This document shows, in pieces, positions 23,981 to 37,190 of a stretch of 64,000 bases of DNA. A model generated the notes under the pieces. That model was not told the origin of the DNA, did not search any database, and worked only from the letters and a program-made list of their open reading frames with translations. This DNA comes from Protoeuglena noctilucae (taxonomy: Eukaryota): the NCBI GenBank assembly GCA_958009085.1, contig OY253671.1, forward strand, positions 1,488,001 through 1,552,000. The letters are read 5' to 3'. A program made the position numbers and the translations under genes. Within the stretch, counting starts at the first letter, position 1; each line of letters opens with the position of its first letter.

Positions 23981-26522
23981 ATGGCCGCGTCCGATTGTGC
24001 GGACGGCGCCCTCGGTGCGTTGCTATGGTGTTGCATGATGCACGGGCGTGCCACAGCCAGCGCAGCGAGCGACGCATCGCTGCTTGCGTGCAGGCGCCAC
24101 AGGCGTGGTTTTGACGGACCTGCCGCGCGAGGTTCTGTGGTGCATTTACAAGGCGATCCCTCCAACCTGCGGAGGATCCCTCGCATGTTCTCTCGGGCGC
24201 CGCGCCTTCTACGCTGCGTGCCGCGCCACGCGCAGCGCCGTCCTCGAGTCGGCAACTGCCGTCGCCCCGCATCCCTGCGTGCTGGCGCCCCACAGCCAAG
24301 CCCCCGCGCCCAGCCTCCCCAGTCCGTCTCCGGACGAATCAGTGCTCCTGGGTGACGGCACGCTGCCCGCCCTCGCCACTCGCCTCCCGCACCTCTCGCG
24401 CCTTTCCCTCACCTTCCCCGCCTCCCACGTCAACCTCCTCCTCTGGTTGCACTCGCCGGCCCCTCCCAAGCCGCGAGCAGAGCGCAGCGGCAACGGCAGT
24501 GGCAGTGACCACCCCCACCCTGACTGCGGCCCTTCCGCTGTTAGCGTTTCTGGCGGTTTCTGGGCGATGGAGCCGGAGCTGTGGGACGTGGACCCGCCCC
24601 ACGTGTTTGTGAGTGAGGGTGCGGGTGCGGAGGACGCGTATCGCGACGTGCTTTGTGCTGTGGGGGCTGTCACTGCAAGGGGCAGGGAGCTGCGGGAGCT
24701 GGACATCCGGGGAGTGGCGCTGGGTGGCCTGGCGATGGCGTCTGCTGCTGGGGACGCACATTGTGGTGTCACGAGTGCGAGTGCGGGTGCGGTGCAGGGT
24801 GTGGAGAGAGCGAGTGAGCTGCTGGGGTCTTTGCGAGGGCTGGAGAGCCTGGGAGTGCGCGTGGATGGGTTGGGCGGGGGCCGGGACGCGTTGGCGCCGG
24901 TGGCGAGGCTGACGCGGCTGACAAAGCTGGCGGTGTGTCAGTGGGAGTCGCGGGGGGTGCGGAGGGGGCAGCCCGGGACAGCGGAGGTGCTGGGGAGGAT
25001 CGAGGTGCTGGGCGCGCTGCGGTGAGGCGCTCAAGTGCCATAGGCATACAGAACTCCACAGCCCTGTGCTACAGCGATGTAGCGCTAGCTCACTCTCCGC
25101 CACATGTGTCCACATTCACGCTGTGGCTGGCTCTACCTGCCATTCATCGTCTCTCACTCAGAGATCTGGTCATCGCTGGTTTCGACGACGTCCCCGGGGC
25201 TCTGTTCCCCGGCCTGGCCGGCCTCACGGCCCTGACGAGACTGGCAGTGACACGCCAGGAGCCCCTCTGCGACGCCGAGCAGCTGCGGCTGCTGCTGGAC
25301 CCATGGTGCGTGACGCGCATGTGCTGTGTCTTTGTCTATTCAATTTCATGCAATGGACGTGCGATGTGAGGGTCAGGGTACCGGCTGTGTGCAACCGTCT
25401 CACTTGCAACACCAATGCAGGGCTAGTGAGTATGATACACAGCTGTCTGATGTCCAGACACCCTGCGTCCCATCCTTCACTGTCCCCAGTCTCGGCCGCC
25501 CCCGCCTCCAGTCCCTCTGCATCCACAACCGCTCCCAATTTGGCACTCGTGCCAGTATCGCCGCCGTCGCGGCCCTCCCCGTCCCTCGCCTCCACCTCCT
25601 CGTCTCCTCGTATCTCCGCCGTGGCCCGGCGTTGTGGGAATCGCAACCCATCGAAGAACTCGAACAGTTGATGTCACAGTACTGTGACGATGCGGGTGGC
25701 GATAGCGATGACGACGTGGACCCTGGCCCCGCCCCCCCTGCCGGCACCCTCACACTGGAGGTGCAGGGGGCGAGGTGGGATGCACTTCACGGCTTCATGA
25801 CTCACGCAGACCCCCTGCATCTGCGCTACATCCTAGACGACGTCTACAGCGGTATGGGCGATGCATGCGCGTGGACTCCCTGGCCCTGTCCTGGTTCACA
25901 AAGTCGATGCGATTCGACTGCAAACGGCTCCTGGACGCGGGGCTGCGGCGGCTTGGCGTCCTGGTCGGGAGTGGGAGTTTCAATATGCCATGGGTAGTGG
26001 ATGCGCTGGAAGGGGGCGCGGGTGCGGGGCCGATGGAGGGGCTCACGTGAGTAACAGCCGCGTGGCGGCTATGTGGACTGCATGTTGTACTGCTATCGTT
26101 CTACTTTTACATGTTCTTTTGCTATCATTATCATTGGTGGCCCTGTCGTTACCGGGCCATCATGGGTCATACCAATGATACCAATGATACCATCATCGGT
26201 ACCTCAGCCCCACCGCTCCCGTCTCTGCGCGTGCAGAGACATCGTCCTCTCCGCCTTCACCGACCCGACCGGATTGACACCGGGAGCGATGGCCAGACTT
26301 CGGTTTCAGCGCATCGCTCCCAGCACCCGCGCACCCCTCGCCCTCACGGTGACGTTCTGCGCGTGCCCTGGCATGCCAGAAACGATCGAGAGAGTGTTGG
26401 GATCGGGGCACCGACTGGGTGCACCCGTGCGCATCGGGGGCGACGGGCTGGGATGGGATGGTATGGGGGGCATGAACGCTGGGGGAGAAGGCACGGCTGC
26501 CCTTCCCCCTTGGAACGCTTAA
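23981..26522 (+). CDS. F-box-like / leucine-rich-repeat protein; exons approx. 23981-24014, 24094-25021, 25162-25305, 25490-25774, 25837-26046, 26237-26522
   Basis: LTDLPREVLWCIY F-box-like start; LxxLxL repeats (LPHLSRLSL, LRELDI, LRGLESLGV, LTRLTKLAV, LTALTRLAV); phase-consistent junctions. Confidence 0.6.
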
Positions 26523-26635
26523 ATTTGAATACGAATGTCGAATTCAAACACCGGTAGCCATGCGTCGTCAAGGGTCACGCTGTGTCACTCGTATTCAAGC
26601 ACCCCCCGCCACGCGTCACATAGCATCGCATTGCG

Positions 26636-29600
26636 TCACTCGGCAATGACAGAGACGTGCCCGCCGCCCAGCGTGGCTGCCACGGCTGCGTCGGTGTACG
26701 CCGACAGCTCCAGCGATCCCGCGACCACCTCCCGCAGCGCTCTGTCGGACACCCACACCGCCACAGGCGCCCCGAAGTGCGAGGGCGATGTGAAGAGCAT
26801 CGCCAGCCCCGCCCCGGCAGCATCTGCAGCGCTCTCCGGGCCCAGTCCGGGGAACGCCACGTGCATCGGCGCATGAGGAATGGTGAGCGCCACTGCTTCG
26901 CGCGCAGTCAACTTCCCCTGCCTCGCACCGGCCGTCGACGTCCCTGCACTCTCCGCAGCCCTCGCACCCGACAGGTCCCACAGCGTCAGCTGCGTCACGT
27001 GCCCTGTGCTGCCCCTTGCCATCTTGCCCTCGATCTGTGCCAGGTGCGTGCCGGCAGCGTTGAAGTGGAAATCGGACCCGAACCACGCTGGCACATATAT
27101 GGCCGTCTTGTCTGTCACCGCCCCTGCGCCATCCCCTTGCCCCATGGCTTGCGGCGACCCAATGCCCCGCACCCACACGTGATCGTCCGATTCCGAAACA
27201 GTGAAGATCGCCAGAGCGCCGTCGGGACTGTAGCCATGGGGCAGAGCGACGGACGCGGGGATCGATCCCCGCACCTCCCCCGTCGCCACCTCCACCACCT
27301 CCACCACCCTGGACACTGCATTGCCGTCCTTCTCCTCACTTCCCTCCTTTGGCCCCTCCTTATCCCTCCCCCCCCGCTGCATCGCCACCAATGCCCCGTC
27401 ACCCACTCTGCCCAGCAGCGTACCGTCACTCCACTGCTCCGGGCGTTCCCCGGATTCAAACCGCCACCGATAGACGCCCGTGTCTGGACCGTCCAGGTCC
27501 TGCACCAGCACCATGCCCAGCGCCGCGCACGCCACGGCGGCAAAATCCCTTGCTTTGCGCTTCGTCCCGCCTGCTCCGTCGTCCCCCACCCCCGTACTAC
27601 TAGTGTCGCCACCACCTCCCGCCCCAGCGTCCCCCGTCGCATTGACAGACGCGCCCGTGAGGACGTCTAGCACGCGCACGGACACCGCGCCGCCCTCGGC
27701 GCCCTCGCAGAACACCGCAAAGGCGCGGCCGTCGCCTACCGCAAGCGCCTGAGGCCTCGCGGTGCCACTACAGTCGCACACCAGCCTCAGCTCCCCCCTC
27801 GCGACGTCATAGAGTCGCAGCTCGCTCCGATCGCTCGCGCAGAACCACCCCAGCGCCTCCCTCCCATCCGCGCTCACCACCCCGCCCTGCAGCCGCCACC
27901 GCGGCTCAGACCCACCCACCGGCCCCTCATTGCCCGGGCCGCCTGCGCCGGGTTCCGTCGACGGGCTCTCATTCGTCGGACTAAGCTCTTTCGGCTGCGT
28001 TTGCTTCTCGGGGCTGTCAGAGAGGGTATCCCCCAAATCGAGGATCTGCACCTCGCGCCTTTGGTCAGCGCACGCCAAGACGTAGCCACCCTGGTTGGAG
28101 GGGTGGAATGCCACCGCAGATACCCACTGGTGTGACTCTCCCGATGCCCGATCCCCCGCCACCGGCACTGTGACTAGACGGCCCTGGGAATGCACGTCCA
28201 CCAACACCACATCTGTGAAGTGAGGGACGGCCGCCCACCGCCCGTCGCTGCTGAAAGGGGCGAGGGGCTTGCGGACGCACGTGTCCTTTGGCACGCGGCC
28301 CGCCTCCTGCCCCTTCGCTGTATTCCACACCACGTGGCCGCCCTCGGCCGTCGCCACCAGCCCCGCACCGTCGCCGCTCGCCGCCATCGCAAACACCTTC
28401 CCGTCGTGCCCGCCCAAGACCCTCTCCACCCCGTCGTCCCACACATACACCGCGTCACCGCACGCCGCCGCCACCCACGCCCCGCCCCTGCGCACCTGCA
28501 GCGCCGCCACTGTGCCCGGGCACCGCATCGCCACTGCACGCAGCGTGCACCCCGGCAGGTCCAGAACCGCCACGGCGCCGCTTGAGTGCCCCACGGCAGC
28601 GCACGCGCCATCGTCGCTGAGTGCGATACACGTGGGATCGCCCTCTGCATGCCCCCACCACGGCGCATACACATCCGCCACCACCGCCCCCGTCGCCAGC
28701 TCCCATTTTCGGAATGCATGCCCCCCCGCTACCGACGCGTGGTTTACATCCACGCACGCGTCTTGGTACCCTCCTGGCACTTCATCCGTGAAAATAAGAG
28801 CCCCCGTCGCGCACTCCCACACCCGCACCAGCGCCGGCCCATCATGTGCCGCACACATCACCAGAAGGTGGTCCCCGTTCGGCGCAAACGCCGTGGCTTG
28901 GTGCCGGAATCGCATACGAGTATCTTCGTCGTCGGGAGGTGTCAGGGTGCGCAGGGCCTGGCCCGTGGTGGCGTCCCACAGCCGCACGGTCCCATTGTCG
29001 ATGTGACGCAGGGTCATGACAGTGGTGAGGTACGCCCCGCGGCGGGCGCGGCTGGGCGCGGCGTCGTCTTGAGGCGCGGAGAAGAGCAGAGCGGAGACGG
29101 ACAGCTCCCCCGGCAACGCCTGCACCGACGGCAGACGCGCCATGCACCCCGCCAGCTTGACGCGGCGCTCTGGCACCCGCGTGCCAGAAACAGCAGTAAT
29201 TTCCCAAGAGTCGGTCTCGGCCATCGCTGCTTTGGCCTGTTCCGCAGCGGTGCGCATCCAGGTCCCCTTCGGTGCCACCCCCGCGACGTCCACTGCCATG
29301 TCGGGCCTCTCCGCTAACATCGAGCCAAACACCCTGCGTGACAAGAGAAAGGGGAGTTCGTGAGGTGTAGGTCTAAAATGGAAAGCAAAGCTGATTGAGT
29401 TGGAGACCTGCAAGACCTAGACACGACAGGATGGGCCAGTGTCGCTCGGAGGTGTGGTCGTGTGAATTGCGTACTCTCTCCCGCATCCCTACCCATCCTA
29501 CACCTCCGCCCATCTCCACCCACCCCTCACCTGAGCCACGCCCGCGTCTCCCGCACCCGTCCCGCATGCAAATGCCCTCCCACAGCCCCCGTCGCCACCG

Positions 29601-32600
29601 CCACCCCCGCCACCAGACTCCCCACCGCCCCCGCCTCCGCCGCAGCCCTCAGGTAGCCCAGACTCGTGCACAGCGCCACGATCGTGTCTACCGCTCCAGC
29701 CTCCAACGCATGGTGCAGCGCGTACTGGGCAGGGTACTGACCCAGGGCTGCCAGGCACGCGCCAGAAACGCCCCCGGGCCCCACCCCCGCTGCCTTCCGG
29801 CCCCACACATCGGCGTGCACCATGTGGCCCTGTCGCAAGTCTACGTGCCACCCCGACTTGGTGTCCTCCACCAGCCAATCCACCACAGACCTGCAGGTAG
29901 TACATGGAAATGATTGCGATCGCTGCTGTCAGGTGCCACGCTGAGAGCCCTCTCTGTCCCACATGTGGGCGACAGTGTGCACATCCCGCTTGTCAACCCG
30001 CTTGCTCTCGCTCACTCTCACTTGTGAAAAGGCCGCACGCGCCCGTCGGCCCTGATGGGGAAGAGGCTCCCCATCGCCGCCAGCGCCCGCCCCGCCACCT
30101 CCTCCCCCACCCCCCCGTGCCCCGCCACCTCCTGCAGCTCCGCAACTCTCAAAGGCTCCATGGCCGCCACGATGGCGGGGAGTATCGACCCCCGCACCAC
30201 GTCCACCTCCCGCATTCTTAGTGACCGGAACTGTCGGTCGAAATAATCCTTGTACAACGCACGGTGACCGGCCGGCAACGCTGCGATGGGAACCTGCGCC
30301 AGCCCCTCGCTCACGCCGGCCCCCGCCTCTCGCTGCACCATCCCCACCAGCGCCGACACGTACGCAAACACCCCCTCGCTCTTGCCCAGCAGAGCCTCCA
30401 CCACCGCACCGCGCTCCTTGTCAGATAAACCCTCGGTTCGCAGGCAGCCGCGGATGTAGGCCCGGATGTCGTCCCGGTTGCGCTCCTCGGTGGGCTCCAG
30501 CGTAAAAGGATCGAATCTCGCCATCTGCTTGACCACGTACGCCTCCGGTCGCGACGTCACCAGCACCTTCACCCACGCGGGCAGCTCCTGCAATGCCCCG
30601 GCCAGCAGCTGCAGTACCCCGTTGCTGCGGGTGTCCGTCCCCGCCTCATCCACCGCGTCAATGACCAACGCCATGGGCTTGTCGTCCCAGGCCACCCCAC
30701 GCAGCGGCTCGGCCACCAGCCTGCGGGCATGGGTAGGGTATCATTGTCAATGCAAAAGAAGAGCACAGCACAAGCGGGCTCATGCAACCCGGTGCCACTG
30801 CGCTGTTGAGGTGTCAAGTGTTGAGGTAGGTTACGGCCACCTCATATTTCACCCCTGGTCATTTCCAGTACCAACTCACTTCTGGAACCATTCCGTGGCC
30901 GCCCCGTTGATGTCGATGCCCTTGAGCCCCTCCGCCACCGCCTCCGCCGCCCCCGGCACCGCCTCTGCGATTTGAAACGCCAGAGACTGCACCACGGCCC
31001 TCGCATCCGTGCGCGCCTCGTCGCCCGCCCTGCAGAAGTGGCCGCCTAGCAGGCGCCCCGCCTTGTGCAGAGACACGGCCACGTGCGCCACAAACGCCGT
31101 CTTGCCCATGCCTGCGGTGCAGGGCGGGGTGTGTTAAGTACTTGCTGAGTAGCGTGTTCGTTGGCTGTTAAGTTTGTTTCCATTCATGCGCATGAATGTC
31201 GCCGCACCTGGCAGCGAGAGTAGCAGGAAGACGTTGGCACGCTTCCCGGTCTGCGCTCCTTCCACCCACTCCATCACTTGGCCCTCCAGCCACACCCGCG
31301 TCCCCGCCTGCAAACAGCACCAGCCACACCCATTGCTTTATATCACGTGCCACCGGCTTGCACCACCTCACGCACTCCCTTTTCATTTATAGCACGCACA
31401 CACCCCGCGTCGCTGCACATCACGCATCGCGTGTGAAGCATCTCTTTGCTATCCCAGTCACCCCATCCCATCTCTCACCATGGACGTCGCCTCACGAGCG
31501 TCTGCGTCTTGCAGAAAGTCCCAGTGCTGCAGCACACCTCCCAGCCGCTGCAACACCCCTTGGTCCACTCCCTGTGTCCCCACCCCTTTCACTCCCTGTG
31601 CTTGCATCACCCCAGCCGTCCCCTGCATCGCCATCCCTTTCACTTCCTGTACCTCCACCCCTTTCATTCCCTCTCTCGCCACCGTCGCCAGTCTGCGCAT
31701 GCCAGCCTGTCGCGCCGCACCCGCACCCACCCCCGCACCCCCACCTGCCCCCGCAGTACCGACGGCGTTGGCGTGGACGTACCACAGCACGTCCCGCAGC
31801 CTCACTTCCGCGAACTCCATCTTCTTACGTCGCTTGGCGCCCTGCGCTACCTCGTACAGCCCCTGCGCCCGCACCACGTCAGTTGGCGCCAGCCTCTGCC
31901 GCAGGTGCGTCTGCACGAACATGGCCCATTCCGGAGGGTCCAAGCTCTCTTTATACCATTTCGCAGCTGATTCGATCACGTACAATTCGTCGTTGAGCAT
32001 GGCCACCTCAAACGTCGCCCACTGCATCTCCCCCGCCACCTGCCCAAACCCATCGTCCTCCGACACCCACATCTCCCGCAGCTCTCTCGGCAACTTCTTC
32101 ACCTCCTGTGGCTCGCTGTCCACCACCTGCCCGATCTTGAGCTGTGTCATCAGTACTTCCATCATTCGGTCCATCTGCGCCCCTAACTGCTCCACCTTAT
32201 CCCCCACGTTCTGCACTAATCCAGCCAGCACCTGCTCCCCCGGCGCCAGCATCCCAAACACCGCGTCCACCCGCTGCTTGTCCCCCAGCACCGCCCGCAG
32301 CTGAGCCGGAGACACGTCCTCCAGCCGCGTTGCCCCCGCCTCTTTCGCCAGCCGCCCCGCCAGGTCCTGACTCGAAAAGAGCTTTCCTCCTGATATAGCT
32401 GACCGTATCTCTTCGATACCCCGCAGCGACTGCACCTGCATGGCGGCCATCAGTGTCCCCACCTGGGCTAACACCTTTCCTGCCAGCTCCTGCAGACCAT
32501 CGGTGTCCCCTCGTGCTTTCACGAACCGACCCAGCCAGGTGCGACCCTCCACCTCCTCCACCACCTGCCGCGCCTCCTGAAGCAGGGCTGCGGGGGGCAG

Positions 32601-33616
32601 GGGCACCGCACAGTCACGCAGTTGCAAAGAGATGCATGCTAGTAGTACTAACCCGGTGGCCAAACTGCATGTTGCTGTGCCAACTGTCAGTTGCCACTGC
32701 ACCCTGTGTTACTCCACCCAGTGCCATCATTCAGTTCCTGGCAGTTGCTAGTGTAACACGTCTTGTCCTAACCACTCTTCGCCTGTCAGCTCCTCGAGTG
32801 CCCTCGTCTGCTGCCGCACCACCTCATTCGCCTCCACCACCACCTCCACCACGCCCACCACCACCCTCTTGAAGTCCTCCAGCGCAGCCCGCACCGCCAC
32901 TGCCTCCGCGATCCCCGTCATGACACGGGACGCCACCTCTGCCAGTGGACCCACCAGCGGGGCCCTCGCCAGGACCTCCAGGGCCTGCAGACCGCCCTTG
33001 GCCAGCACACGCAGCACATCCCCGGTCACGCTGTATTGCTGCGAACGGGCACGGGGAGTCGAAACACGCGTTGGGCCACCTGCGCATCCTCCTCAGGCAT
33101 GCAGCGCCCATGCATCAGGCTGGTATGCAAGCGCCAGCGCAGCGTGGGCACCTGGAGCATGGACGCGATAGAACCCGACAGCGGCTCGGCCAGGTTCAGC
33201 AGCTTCTGCGCGCACGGGGGCCTCGACAGGTGCTTCGATAGGACGTTAAACGCGTTTCCTGCCTCGGCCTCGGCTTTTCACCTCTCGCACGCGCGCAAAA
33301 TGCCCAAGCAATGTCGCATCTCGGGCGCCACGCACCTGCAGTTCGTCGAAGCGTTCCTGCGCGGCGCTCCCGATTTCAATCGCCCGCTGAGCGACCGTTG
33401 GCTTCGAGGGCTTGGCATCCTCGCCGGCGGGCGCCCCGGTGCCGGGCTCGCCTTGCCGCTCTGCCACATGCCTCTGCGAAAAAAAATATCGGGAGCATTT
33501 CAGCGCGACTCACGCCCCCAGCCGCAAGAATGTAATAATTTCCATCTGTCAAGAAGCCTCCTCGCCTCTGTCGGGCTTTCCGCGGTGGCCGCGGGCTTGC
33601 TCGCTCCGCATCCCAT
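26636..33616 (-). CDS. NLR-like STAND protein: N-acylation motif, helical MLKL/RPW8-like N-terminal domain, NACHT NTPase, WD40 propeller; exons 33616-33566, 33473-33336, (possible exon ~33260-33151), 33038-32783, 32587-31479, 31307-31208, 31111-30880, 30720-30022, 29890-29531, 29333-26636
   Basis: Start MGCGASK; AGTRVWL...FLLLSLPGMGKT (Walker A), GGHFC, SLAFQIA, LVIDAVDE (Walker B), KVLVTSRPE, KSEGVFAYV, PFHKSVVDWL; WD repeats GTVRLWD, VRVWE, GHDGKV, VSAVAFHP. Confidence 0.85.
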
Positions 33617-34117
33617 TTACGAAGCTGCCCGGTGGCAGCGCCGCAGTGCGCTTCTCCCTTCCCAGCGCGAAGTTGCGCGCCGCAGAGTGCCGGTGGACCG
33701 AAAAGCGCAGGCGCTGCCCTCTCACGTCGACTTGAAACACGCTTCATACGTAAGAAAGCCCACGTCACGATCTCATGCGCATCCGTTCCCCCCACGCACG
33801 CGGCCACCGATATACGATCGCCTAAATCCGCTTCACAGCGCGCGCATCGCGAGCATCCCCGGCGGGACGGGCGTCGGGACGTCCATCGACGCGCGCCCGT
33901 CCCCGGACTCCTCTCCCGCGCCCTCCGACGCCGCCTCGCCTCGGAACCCCGACGGCCCCGCCAAAAGGTCATTCTCGTTCTGCGAAGAATGCCAGAAGAG
34001 TACAGCGGTATCGCATGACGCGTCCGTCGACGTCATACCCATGCGACCAGCCACGTAGCTGCCTTAGTACACACCACCCCTCAGGCTCTACCATGGCCTG
34101 CGGAAGCATCACGGCTA

Positions 34118-37100
34118 TCACTTAACCCCTCCGCGCACCGTGGGAGGCGGCAGTTGCCTCAGATCCTTCTTGTAAGCCTCTGTTGTGGGGAACACGAAGT
34201 TTATAAGTGCCTGGCACGACTTCCACCCCACGTGCAAGTCGTGGCCCCCCGCCGCCAGCGTCCCCGCCACCCGCTCCGTGTCGGCCAGCTCGTCCTCCGA
34301 CAGCTCCCTGAAGCGAGGCAGACGAGGGTGTTGTTGATCGCGAGAAAATAGGCAACCAGGCGATGGTATGTATGATCATAGCAATGTTGCAACGTATGAA
34401 GTGCTCGCTCCCTCCCTGCGCCAAATTAGCCCCTCCCCGTGCCTGCACCTCTGCTTTTATCACCAACCCACCCACCCCATCTCCCTCACCCATACTTGAC
34501 GAGCGGCAGCGCCTGGCTGGACCCCACCGCCACCGCCTCCCGCCGGTGCAGCCCCGCCAGCAGCGCCCCCATCTGCGCCTCCTCCCCCCCGCTCCCCTCC
34601 CCCTCCTCCGCGCCGCCCCGCCCCTCCCCCCGCATCTCCGCAAGCGCCTGCCGATCCCTGACTGAGAAATGCAGGCCCATCAGATGACGCACCGTCGCCG
34701 GCACGCGATCATCACACTGCAAGAACTCCTGCACCCACTGCGAGACCTGCTCATATGAAGCATCCCTGTAAACGTCCACGAGAGGGTTCAAGCCCAAGGC
34801 TGTCAAAGAGGCCAGGGTAGGGGCCGCCGAAGGGTCCACGTCCGTGCGAGGGCGCTTGGCCACGCGATCAGCCCCCGTCCCGGGACCGCTGCTCCAGAAA
34901 GGCTCCCGCCGCCCGCGGCCCATCAGCGCGGACGTCTCTTCTTCGTCCCGCTCCTCCTCCTCCTTCAGCAGTTTCTGGCAGAAATCGAAATCCATCTGCG
35001 GCACGTGGGGACGGGGGGAGGGCAGGGGTGGCTGAGTGGGTGTTGGGAGCACGCATGGGTGTCGGGGCAAGCTTGTAGCTGTCGGGAGCAAGTTTGGTCC
35101 CATCACAACAGTGAAAAGCACGTTATCTGTTTGCAGATGTCGACAGCACGTACCGCGTCTCACCGCGAACAGCACGTGCAATGTGTCATCTAACACCGCA
35201 AACAGCACGACCCTTGTGTCACTCCCCACTCCTTCCCCCCCTAACCGCGAACAGCACGTGTCTTGTACCACCCCCTACACATCCCCCCCCTCACCGCAAA
35301 CGGCACGTGCCGGGTGTAGTCGACGGGCCTTGCATCACCTGTCACCTGACATCACCACTCACTACCTCACTATCTCCTCCCTCACCGCAAACAGCACGTG
35401 CCGCGTGTAGTCAACTGGCATGGGCCCGCCCCCCCCCGCCTCCTCCACCAGGTGCCGGCTCTGCTGCTCGTCCCACCCCACGACCCGCACCGGCTGCCAC
35501 TTCGTGCGCGGGAGCTTCCCCGCGTTCCACAGCATCACCTCGCGGCCCACCAGGGCGGGGCCACTGGCTCGCGATCGGAACATGCCCGCCTGAGATGGGG
35601 GAGAGAGCGGTGTGGCATGGTGAGAGTAAGGCGATTGCTAGCAGTTTTGAATGTTGTGAAGCTTCCAAGGTAATACATGTCAGGCATGCGGTGGGTCGCT
35701 CGCCATGCAAAGCCACATTCAGCGCACGCTAAGTGCCCCCAGCTCTCCCCTACCTTGCCGCTCCCCTCACCAGGCTGGGCAGCCCCTCCATGAGCCCCGC
35801 ACTCAAACCCTCATCTCCTCTACCCTCACCAGGCTGACCACACCCCTCCCCTCACCTACACCCCTCATCTCCGCTCACCAGGCTAGGCAGCCCCTCCATG
35901 AGCCCCGCGTCATACCACTTGACCCGGTCGAGCGTCTTCTCATCGTCATAGGCGTGACGGACCTGCTCCTGGATCAGCCGGATGTCCTGCACCTCACCGT
36001 CATCGTACAAAACCTGGTGGCGCCACGTGAAGGGGTCGAAGTCTGCAGGGAGTGGTTGGGGTGATTGAATTGGGGGTGAAGATAGCGGGGAGTTATAAGT
36101 GAGGATGGGGAGTGGTTGGGGTGATGGAATGGGGTCAAGACTGCGGGGAGTGGTTGGGATATCATCGAATGGGGTCCAGGTCTGATAAAGGCATGTGTAC
36201 CACTCACCACCCTCTGCACCATCATGCAACACTCCCCACCCCCATCACCCCTCACCCGTGATGACCGCCATGTACCACTTGCGCTCGTGAGACCAGAACA
36301 CGCCCACGCGCTTGCCGATGGCGCGCGACCTCTCGAGCGCCACCATCGCCGAGTAGACGCGCTTGTGGGCGATCTGCGCCGTGCGCATGAACAGGCACGA
36401 CTGCTTCATCTGGGGGTTCACGCACATCTGGCATTTGCCGCACTTCTCGATCGGGAAGGTCGGGTGGAACTGCGTCCGCTGGCTCTTGCGCTCCTGCGAG
36501 GGAGGGGAGGGGAGGGTGAGTGCGATGGGTCTCTGTGCGTGTGCTGAATGAGTGTGATATCTTGCTGCATGTGTTGGCTGCAGCTGCATCGGCATATCAC
36601 AGCTCTAACTGCATGCGCAAGCTCTTACGGTGCAGCTTAGCTGAGCCCTGCCCAGGGTGACGCATGCATGCCGGCCAGCACACACGGCGTGCCCTTTGCG
36701 TGCCCTGCCGTCCTCTCGTCACCTTCGCCGTGTGGTCCTTGGGATCGAAGCGCAGCAGGTACGACTTCGTAATCTGCACCATGCCTGCGGAAAGAGACCG
36801 AAGAAGAGAAGGTCTGAGGCCTTCCCACCGACACAAACAAGCGTGCTTCGGCGGGCAAAGGCTCTGCGGCGAGCACTCGCCGTCCTCCTCCTTGTGCTTG
36901 ACGACCACGAGGTCAATCTCCTTGAAACCGCCGTTGTACTCGATCGTGTAGCAGTTGCGGGACCGCTCGTAGCCATTGACGCGACCCAGCTTCCACTGCT
37001 GGTCCTGCGGGCCGGCGCAGTCCGGGCGTCGCGGGACACGCTCGCCGCGACATTTGCAGCGCGAAACACCCGGTGGACCGCGCGGCGGGCGGCCGAGCGC

Positions 37101-37190
37101 GGGCGCGGGAGCGGCAGCAGTCACCGTCTTCCACCATACTTGGCATTTCTTGCTGAGGATCCCCAGGGGATCGCTCGGCTTGGGCGCCAT
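34118..37190 (-). CDS. Multi-Tudor-like chromatin protein with a CxxCxxC zinc-finger-like segment
   Basis: Three Tudor-like units (KKCQVWW..WKLGRV..YTIEY; IGKRVGVFW..WYMAVIT..HQVLYDDGE; VGREVMLW..W..VRVVGWD..HLV); CGKCQMCVNPQMKQSC; phase-consistent exons; stop at 34118-34120. Confidence 0.7.
35117..35415. repeat. Degenerate tandem array (about 6 copies) of accgc(a/g)aacagcacgtg derived from the neighbouring exon end
   Basis: Copies near 35143, 35162, 35195, 35244, 35293 and the exonic copy at 35384. Confidence 0.8.

Noticed and set aside
35117..35415. Repeat-spacer-like array
   Set aside because: Copies are degenerate, irregularly spaced and derived from the adjacent exon end
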